Source: Caecitellus pseudoparvulus (Eukaryota; Protista; Bigyra: Bicosoecida). Taken from it: 64,000 nt of DNA. The DNA lies in NCBI GenBank assembly GCA_965644315.1, contig CBFFRQ010000081.1, forward strand, positions 186,001-250,000, given 5' to 3'. Below the pieces are notes generated by a model. That model had not been told where the DNA came from, made no database searches, and saw nothing but the letters and a program-made list of their open reading frames with translations. Positions 56,860 to 64,000 of this stretch are shown one piece after another. Every line of letters starts with the position of its first letter. Within the stretch, counting starts at the first letter, position 1. Made by a program: the position numbers and the translations under genes.

Positions 56860-56979
56860 ATGCAGCACCAGCACCAGCCGCACTGGGATACCTTTCGAAG
56901 TGGTGCTCGATAGTCTGGCTCAAGGATTGGCCTGTACACCCAGCCGGGAGGAGCTCGTCTGCAGCGCATGAAAGTGCAT

Positions 56980-57960
56980 TTAGAATCCACTTTTCGGCAA
57001 GATGTCCCAGTTCGGCTGCCCGTCGATGCCGACAACCCACTGGGGGTCGCAGTGCTGGCCAGTCAATGAAGCAGCCAAGGCAGCCGCTCGCTCAGCTTCG
57101 ATTTCGGCACCAGTCCAGGGTGGGGGCGTGGCCCCGCTGCAAACGCTCTGTATGGCTGTCCACTCCCCCTCGCCCCCCCCCCCTGCTGTCGCTGCCAAGG
57201 AGGCCAGAGCAGGGTCCAGCTCAAACCCACCTGCCTTGGCCATGCCTTTCCCACCCAGTGCACTGTATGATGTTAAGGACCCAGTTCCAAGGCGCACCCA
57301 AACAGAGGGTCGCATGGGACCCTGTAAACCCACCCCCATGCTAGCGTCCTTGTCGGTGTCAGCCAGAGAAGGGGCCCACAAGCCGTACACTGCCCAGCGA
57401 GCAAGTCCGCATGCTGAGAACGCGATATGTGAGCCAAAGGTCGCCTGGTCCAAGGGGCCGTTTTCAAACCACTCCGCCTGCTGGAATGCCTCTGATGCAT
57501 CTGCTGTCGGCTCAGGCCACTGGGTGACGAGAATCATCAGTGGCGACGCGGGGGGCTGCTCGGCCGCTGCTTCTCGCAGCGAGCCAGTGCAGGCTACGCG
57601 TGCGGCAGCAGGGTGCATGTGCTTGAGAGGCTTTTTGAACGCCTCCATCAACAAAAATGGCGGCAGCGCTTGTGAGATCACGATGGGAAGGTCAGCTGCT
57701 GCCAGGTGTGTCTCCATGTCTCCCGGAACCTCCGCGCCATCGCCACCCATGCCTCCCTTTGCACCACTGGCTGAAGATGAATCTTGTTGCGTCGCATGTC
57801 TGGCTCCTTTTCCGCCAGCCTTTCGTGGCTTTTTCGGTGCTGGGGCAGCTGCACGAGGTTTGGCGGGTGCGGATTTTGTGCCTTGGGCCACTTTCCCTGC
57901 AGTGCGCTTTGATGACCGTGTTCGACGTGCTATGCTCTCAGAACCTTCTTCTGCTGCCAT
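56980..57960 (-). CDS. Hypothetical protein (326 aa) with Lys/Arg-rich N-terminus
   Basis: Long ORF from ATG 57960 following an AT-rich upstream region; no family recognised. Confidence 0.65.
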   Translation of the reverse strand: MAAEEGSESIARRTRSSKRTAGKVAQGTKSAPAKPRAAAPAPKKPRKAGGKGARHATQQDSSSASGAKGGMGGDGAEVPGDMETHLAAADLPIVISQALPPFLLMEAFKKPLKHMHPAAARVACTGSLREAAAEQPPASPLMILVTQWPEPTADASEAFQQAEWFENGPLDQATFGSHIAFSACGLARWAVYGLWAPSLADTDKDASMGVGLQGPMRPSVWVRLGTGSLTSYSALGGKGMAKAGGFELDPALASLAATAGGGGEGEWTAIQSVCSGATPPPWTGAEIEAERAAALAASLTGQHCDPQWVVGIDGQPNWDILPKSGF

Positions 57961-58355
57961 TTTATTCGAGTAAAGTTGCACTTTACACCCTCGAACCTTT
58001 TTAGTGTGCCTTGCTTGTGGTATTTACAGGACCGAAGGGAACGGTGCGGAAAACGGTTTCTCACCACCACCACGCCAATCTGTGCACGGGCGGTGGAGGC
58101 GAAGGAGCTCAAACTGCTGGAAGAATCAATGCAGTTTTGTGAAGTACACCCATAAATTAATGCTGAATTCAAGTTCATCGTTTGATTCATTCTAAATTGA
58201 CGATTTGGCCGGGCTTCCTTGGTTTGACTGGCGTGCTTCCCATCGAGCTCGGACAAGCAGAGACATGCTGAATTACAATGAATTATAAAATGCGATGACA
58301 TCCTAAGCATGACTAGCGGCTAACAAGCACGGCTAGCTCGCATCACGCACCTGCG

Positions 58356-61300
58356 TCAACGTGAGTGGTCTGCAGGGCGGAGCAGGTGCGCGCCGCCCAT
58401 GCTCTGGGACTGTTCCAAGCCATCAGACTGAGTGGGGTTCGGAGATGAAGGCGAGGGAGGGGACTGATACGACGCACTGCGCTGCGTCAACGAGCGATCG
58501 GAGCCCCCAACTGGGGTGTAGTGAAGTTTCTCACCGCCAAGTGCAGATGCGCTTGCAGGAATATTCATGCGAAGCGTGCGACTCAGCTTGCTCTGGCTTG
58601 TCACCCCAAGTGCAGCCCGAACAAGCATGACTCGCTGCCAGCACGTGGCCACAGCCCAAACGCGCTGCAAACTTTCACAGCGCCCTTCTCTTGCCCTCGG
58701 AGAGAGGCCTAGCGCCCCGTGAGCAATCGCCACAGCGTGCCAAAGCCCGCCGAAAAAGATGCTCACCCCCAAAGCAAGCGCAAGACACAAGAAGCCCACC
58801 ACGATCACCGTACTGGTGGCTTCCACGACTGACACAGCCCGCTCCTGGCCTGACTCCCCACGCAGCTCGAAATCCATCAACCCCAACATCGAATCCACCC
58901 ACAGACTGGACTGGGACGCCACCGACAGCACATTCAGCGAGCTCGACGTGTACGGCTGTGCCGCCACGTGCAGCACCAGCCCGATGCCCAACACACCTGA
59001 CACTGCCGCCGCACGAGCGAAACGAGCCTGCACCGTCACTGCCAAAGCCAACAGCAGCACCTTCTGCAGCGTGATCAACAGCTCCCAGTACCAGAACCCA
59101 CCACAGCAGGCGCCACGAGCCTGCACTCGGTACCCTTCGTACAGGAAGCCTGCAGCGTGCTGGAAGGCCCGCACATGCAGGCGCCGCCTGTTCAGGCGCA
59201 GGAAGAGCATAGCGCCGATGGGGGCGCCGAGCCCCACGAACACCAGACCAATGCCTGCGAGGGCTCGAGCAGGTCCGAAGGTGGCGTCGAAGGAGCCGTG
59301 GCCAAGGCTGTGGCGGAACACGGTGAACCCAAATATGGGTTCGGGAAAAGTGTCAAGGAACTTGATGAAGGACTCCACAACGCCAAAGTGGACGAAGAAC
59401 AGAGCAATGAGAGCTGTCCGGGTTGCATAAGCGGACAGCGGCAGAGCAACAGCTGGTGAGAATGTCGCTGCCTTGGACATCCAGCTGCGGGTTGGCCTGC
59501 CACGGGGCCCAATGTCCGTCCAAGTGCTGGACGTGTCACGGGCAGAGTGACGGTCACCTGTTCTGCTCGTGTCAATGGGCGGGGGGAGGAAATCCGATGC
59601 AGTGCGCGATCCACTGCAAACTGAAGAATCGTCAGACTCGTGTGCTCGCTCCGATATGTGTGACTGCAGCGCTTCTCCAGAGAAGTCGAGCGCCTCGGGA
59701 AAGGAAGGTGCTGCCCGACCTGAGGCAGGGGAGAGGTCGTAGTCCATGCTGAACTGCGCCAAGTCAAGCGAGGCTTCGACGCCTTGGGGCTCGCGACCAG
59801 GCAACTGCAGACTGTCAGCGGGAGTTGCGTGCTCTCCGTATGCCGGAGGAGCAGCAGCGGTGCCAAGGCTTGCTTCCGGCTGCACACTTCCTTGCGCTTT
59901 TAAGGGCGGGAGAGTCACACCGTTTCTCCGGTGCTGCTGAATGTCAGACAGTACAACTGCAACTGCTGGCGCTTCGTGTGGAGCGGGAGGTTGAACCTTC
60001 AGAGAGCGAACTTGAAGAGGCAGCTCTTGGCTTTCCCCAGATTCGTCAGATGGCAACCGCCCTGGCAAAATGCGTGCAGACGTTCGAAGCCGCCTGACGG
60101 ACGGCATTCGCGCCGCGACTGTCGCAGGACAGCATGTTCCAGCCACACCAGACGCCCGAACGGCCCACAGCAACGCGAAAGGTAGCAGCACACACACCAC
60201 CGGCAGCGCCAGAGCCACGTACAGCTCCTCGTAGAAACCCAACCGCAGCCCACACTGCACGGCGGGACTCGAGGTCGAAAAGCCCTTCACCGCCACACCC
60301 AACGCTGACAGCACCCCGTCCAACGGCTTTGCAGGCGACAGCCCCGCTGCACTCAACAGGGCTGCCACCTGGGCCCACGACGACACGACACGGAACACCG
60401 CAGCAGGGGGCGTACTCACACCCTGCCCAGACCGGTTCAATGTCAGATACACCACGAAACCCAGCGCAATCACCATCGTCAGCACTGTCACTGCAACGTC
60501 GCTGCCGTCTCTCGGGCATGCTGTGCAGGGCGTGTCAGGGCCAGCCCGCCGCCACCCTGCCTCACACTCCCCACACATCGCCCCACGGTGCCCTTCCGCA
60601 CACTGCACCACAGAGCCATTGGCACGGCACACCGATGCAGGGGAACAAGGCAACATGGCACTGTCTGACGTCAAGGTCGGGCGCCCAGGCCCAGATCCCG
60701 CCACAGCAGCCAACACCCGACCCCCCGCTCTCAACCCGTACAGCGACCGGTACCCGCCCAGCAACGCCGGCGCAGCCGAAGAGAAACCTGACTGTGGCAG
60801 ACACTCCTCACACCACACTCCACCCTGCAGCACCAGCTGCCCCCCCGCACACACAGCGCCTTCCTCCGGGCACTCGATGCACACTCGGCCATCTGGACCA
60901 GCGTACGTCCCTGCAGCACACTGCCGGCACACTGGAGCATCCAGCACAGTCCCAGCCCGCACTGTGCCAGGTGCACAGGCTTCGCACGCCAGGCCAGTCT
61001 CTGACGCAGTCCCCTCTGCTGGGGTCTGGAAGCCCTCAGCACACTCGCACTGCATGGCACCTGGCGCCAGGCGCTGACTTGCATCACAAGCTGGTGGCAC
61101 AACCACCACTGACACGACGCTGTCCCCACCCTGCCCTGGTACGCCATACCCGCCCAGGCGCACCCGCAGTGCAGCACTGCCTACACTGAGCGGACGCAGC
61201 TCCAGGGACAGCGTGCCGCCTTGGCCTGTCCCCAGGCTCACCGCCACTGGACAAGGCTGGCTCAAGCATGCCACAAGAGGCAGGCTGCGCAACATGCTGC

Positions 61301-64000
61301 CCCTGCCCACTGCATCAGACACGTCCAGGTACAGTGTGCGCCGCTCCACACTGGCATCGGCGGCGATGACCAGCGACTGCCCGGTTCGTGACGGCAGCAA
61401 GACGTTGGATGCCGCCGCCAGAGGCGGGCCAGGCGCCAAGGACATGTTCACGGGCACGCTCTGCTCGTCGGCCAGGCTGCTGGGATCGGCCACGCTGCGC
61501 CCCAGCACCGTCAAACTGGCGGATGTCGCAGCATCGGCCCCCGAACCCCCTGCACACGCCCAGTCTGCGAACGTCTCCCACTGCAGCTCCCCACCTTCGC
61601 CGCCGCACATGTACCGGGCGTCCACAGACACCACTGCCGAGTCGCCCCTTGCTCCCAACTCCAGCCCGCCGTCCACCGGCACACCCACCTGCCACGCACT
61701 ATTCCCTGTGCTGCTCAGCTCCAACTCAGCACGCACAGCTGTGGGCAGCAGGTTCACCAACAACACGCCCCGCCTCGCCCACCCCAGCCCAGCCACGCGC
61801 ATGTCCACCTCGCTGGGCAACACAGCCAACACCGTCACCTGCATCACCACAGGCACGATCAAGGGGGCACCGCCACGCCGCCCGTCATTGCTGGACACGT
61901 GCAGCTGCGACCTGTACAGACCAGTGCGCGGCACTGCCGTCGCATTCAGGCGCAGTGTCACAGCCCTCACGCCGCCAGACGCTGTCACACCAGACGCAGA
62001 CCCCACCAAGCCCACCCATGCCTGTGCATCGGGCAGACTCACTGACCATGTCAACGGCGCTGTGCCGGTGTTCCGCACCAGCACCTGCACAGTGGACACG
62101 TCAGTCGGCGCCAAGGTCTGGTGCAAGGAAGCGGGCACCACACTCAGCCGAGGCGCCTGCACCACCAACGTGATGGGGATTGACACGCCCGGCACATCGG
62201 ACACGCTGCGGCGACCAGGCAGCGCAGGCACAGAGGATGATAGCGCCACCAACGACACCACGCCTCGGTACGTGCCACCTGCCAGCCCGCCTGGGGACAG
62301 CACAACAGTCACGGACCGATCTCCTGAGCCGATCGGCGCAGTCACTGCCGCCAGACCCACCCATGCCCCGCCACCCCCACGACCGACCACCGTCACAGAC
62401 CACGTCACGTGTGCAGGGGCCTGCACAGGGATGCTGCGAGTCACAGGAGCCACGGCTGGCCCAGCTTGTGCCTCCACCTGCACAGCGCTCACTGTGCTGC
62501 GCAGGTATGGCAGCGGGGCTGGCGAACGGGATGCACTGGGCCGTGGCGGCGCACCTGCTGACTGACTTGGCAAAGGCGTGCTGGCCCCTGATGGCGTTGG
62601 CGCCGGGCTGGACGATGCACTGGGCACCACCAACGGGGATGTGCTGGGCGCTGCCACGCCGCCTGGTCGCACTGTCAACGGCACAGCCCCAGTGCCCATG
62701 TTGACACCGGCAGCCACCACATCGACCACCACGTACACTGTCACAGCGCTGCCTTGAGGTGGGGACGGCACACCATCGCCGCCATCGACGACCAGTGACA
62801 CGTCCCAGTACTGTGTGCCGCCACCTCCACCAAGTGCCGCGGCCTGCACAGCTGCCTTGACCCACGTGATCGGGGCGGAGCACAAGGCTGCTTGGCTGGC
62901 CAAGCCTGGGCACATGATGGACTGCACTGTCACGGTAGGTGCAGCTGTGCCAGCCCGGCTGAGGGCAATGGTGTCACTGCTGAGAATAGTGCCCGCACTT
63001 GCTCCTTGGGATGTGGACCTGGAGCGGAGGAATGTGGTTTGAGGGGGCAGTCCAGGGACAGGTGTGGGTGTGGCAGGAGACAGCCATGTGAGGGTGGGGG
63101 GAGAGGAGGATGAAGGTGAGGGGGTGGTCGAAGGAGGGGCAGAAGCAGTGCTGGATGGTGAAGGCGAGCGTGATTGAGAGGCACTCGGTGTGCCCGAGAT
63201 CGAACTGGTGGCACTGCCAGTCACCGTGGTGCTCGTGCTGGGTGTGGCGCTCACTGCTGCACTGCTGGTGGCTGTGCCTGAGGCCCCGCTTGTTGGAGTC
63301 CCACTGCTTGTGGAACTTTGCGAAGGTGAGCGCGAAGCCGACGGGGAGTGCGAGGAGGTGGTGGAAGGCGATCTCGAGCTTGTTATGGATGAAGAGGGGG
63401 TCGCGGATGAGGTCGCCGTCATGGAGGAAGTGGCCGACACGGATGCAGTTTGAGATGGCGTGCCCGTGCTCGTCATGGAAGGCGTACTGGTCGCTGAAGG
63501 CGATGGCGTGGACGTGGGTGAACTTGTTTGGGAAGAAGTGCTTGTTGCGGAGGAAGTAGGCGTGAACGTCGGCGTTTCACTCGACGAAGGAGTGGGAGTC
63601 ACAGACGAGGAGGCAGTTGCTGACGTGCTTGGCGAAGAGCCTGATGACAAACTTGCTGTCGGAGAGGCTGTTGAGCTTGCAGTCTGACTTGCTGTTGAAG
63701 TGGGTGTTGGCGACGAAGTTGGGGAAGAAGTCTCACTCGGTGACGGAGTGGACGTGGAAGTTGCCGTGGCCGAGACGGTGCCAGACACAGACGGCGTGGG
63801 CGACGCTGTCGGTGTTGGACTTGGAGATGGTATGCACGTGTCCACTCCTGCCGACAAAACGGGCTTGAACAAGTCCACTCGTGGCTCGATGAACTGCCCC
63901 CTTCTGAACGAGTCATCACTGCGCAGGCCAGGCACGGCCATCTCACAAATGTAGCGATGCAGGCTCGCACATGAAGTATCCTCCAAAAGACCATCCTTCA
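58356..64000 (-). CDS. Giant C-type lectin multi-pass receptor-like protein copy 2 (partial, 5' end beyond window; frame intact)
   Basis: Uninterrupted >1876-aa ORF: CTLD end (DTSCASLHRYICEM), S/T/P stalk, and the same Ig/Cys-rich/TM modules as copy 1. Confidence 0.9.
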   Translation of the reverse strand, partial: KDGLLEDTSCASLHRYICEMAVPGLRSDDSFRRGQFIEPRVDLFKPVLSAGVDTCIPSPSPTPTASPTPSVSGTVSATATSTSTPSPSETSSPTSSPTPTSTASQTASSTASPTASLSSGSSPSTSATASSSVTPTPSSSETPTFTPTSSATSTSSQTSSPTSTPSPSATSTPSMTSTGTPSQTASVSATSSMTATSSATPSSSITSSRSPSTTSSHSPSASRSPSQSSTSSGTPTSGASGTATSSAAVSATPSTSTTVTGSATSSISGTPSASQSRSPSPSSTASAPPSTTPSPSSSSPPTLTWLSPATPTPVPGLPPQTTFLRSRSTSQGASAGTILSSDTIALSRAGTAAPTVTVQSIMCPGLASQAALCSAPITWVKAAVQAAALGGGGGTQYWDVSLVVDGGDGVPSPPQGSAVTVYVVVDVVAAGVNMGTGAVPLTVRPGGVAAPSTSPLVVPSASSSPAPTPSGASTPLPSQSAGAPPRPSASRSPAPLPYLRSTVSAVQVEAQAGPAVAPVTRSIPVQAPAHVTWSVTVVGRGGGGAWVGLAAVTAPIGSGDRSVTVVLSPGGLAGGTYRGVVSLVALSSSVPALPGRRSVSDVPGVSIPITLVVQAPRLSVVPASLHQTLAPTDVSTVQVLVRNTGTAPLTWSVSLPDAQAWVGLVGSASGVTASGGVRAVTLRLNATAVPRTGLYRSQLHVSSNDGRRGGAPLIVPVVMQVTVLAVLPSEVDMRVAGLGWARRGVLLVNLLPTAVRAELELSSTGNSAWQVGVPVDGGLELGARGDSAVVSVDARYMCGGEGGELQWETFADWACAGGSGADAATSASLTVLGRSVADPSSLADEQSVPVNMSLAPGPPLAAASNVLLPSRTGQSLVIAADASVERRTLYLDVSDAVGRGSMLRSLPLVACLSQPCPVAVSLGTGQGGTLSLELRPLSVGSAALRVRLGGYGVPGQGGDSVVSVVVVPPACDASQRLAPGAMQCECAEGFQTPAEGTASETGLACEACAPGTVRAGTVLDAPVCRQCAAGTYAGPDGRVCIECPEEGAVCAGGQLVLQGGVWCEECLPQSGFSSAAPALLGGYRSLYGLRAGGRVLAAVAGSGPGRPTLTSDSAMLPCSPASVCRANGSVVQCAEGHRGAMCGECEAGWRRAGPDTPCTACPRDGSDVAVTVLTMVIALGFVVYLTLNRSGQGVSTPPAAVFRVVSSWAQVAALLSAAGLSPAKPLDGVLSALGVAVKGFSTSSPAVQCGLRLGFYEELYVALALPVVCVLLPFALLWAVRASGVAGTCCPATVAARMPSVRRLRTSARILPGRLPSDESGESQELPLQVRSLKVQPPAPHEAPAVAVVLSDIQQHRRNGVTLPPLKAQGSVQPEASLGTAAAPPAYGEHATPADSLQLPGREPQGVEASLDLAQFSMDYDLSPASGRAAPSFPEALDFSGEALQSHISERAHESDDSSVCSGSRTASDFLPPPIDTSRTGDRHSARDTSSTWTDIGPRGRPTRSWMSKAATFSPAVALPLSAYATRTALIALFFVHFGVVESFIKFLDTFPEPIFGFTVFRHSLGHGSFDATFGPARALAGIGLVFVGLGAPIGAMLFLRLNRRRLHVRAFQHAAGFLYEGYRVQARGACCGGFWYWELLITLQKVLLLALAVTVQARFARAAAVSGVLGIGLVLHVAAQPYTSSSLNVLSVASQSSLWVDSMLGLMDFELRGESGQERAVSVVEATSTVIVVGFLCLALALGVSIFFGGLWHAVAIAHGALGLSPRAREGRCESLQRVWAVATCWQRVMLVRAALGVTSQSKLSRTLRMNIPASASALGGEKLHYTPVGGSDRSLTQRSASYQSPPSPSSPNPTQSDGLEQSQSMGGAHLLRPADHSR
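58825..59318 (-). repeat. Inverted-repeat block B, right arm
   Basis: Reverse complement matches 52387-52880. Confidence 0.95.
60181..63192 (-). repeat. Inverted-repeat block A, right arm
   Basis: Reverse complement matches 48751-51764. Confidence 0.95.

Noticed and set aside
48751-63192. Inverted repeats as transposon terminal repeats
   Set aside because: The arms are internal coding blocks of paralogous genes; no transposase, integrase or target-site duplication seen.
1-64000. tRNA/rRNA genes, endogenous virus or virophage genes
   Set aside because: No tRNA A/B-box cloverleaf, rRNA signature, AT-rich viral island or capsid/integrase/polymerase motif recognised by eye. tRNAscan/Infernal were not run.

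Overview
A gene-dense, GC-rich (roughly 60-65% by eye) eukaryotic nuclear window. It uses the standard genetic code and has short GT-AG introns (mostly 60-90 nt, reconstructed by hand). The organism is probably a unicellular protist; a heterotrophic stramenopile-like lineage is my inference only. About 16 genes are present. Left to right: a partial secreted mucin-like gene, BAP31-like, riboflavin kinase, FUN14, an N-glycan-dense mucin-like type I membrane protein, a ~5,975-aa BIRC6/BRUCE-type ubiquitin-conjugating enzyme (tandem KOW, LamG, 2x SPRY, UBC, UBA; no BIR seen), RBM42, organellar TrpRS, a PH-C2-GRAM myotubularin, mitochondrial EF-G2, an acylated F-box/LRR protein, WDR24, a giant multi-C-type-lectin polytopic membrane protein (copy 1), MRE11, a TraB-like protein, an orphan, and an inverted paralog of the lectin gene (copy 2, running off the right end). 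The most striking structure is the lectin pair. The two genes share two near-identical blocks (~3.0 kb and ~0.5 kb) as inverted repeats around a ~6-kb segment containing MRE11. Their lectin domain, stalk, cytoplasmic loop and tail are strongly diverged, giving a constant/variable mosaic. Copy 1 has a 1-nt frameshift. No tRNA, rRNA, CRISPR array or transposase was recognised.
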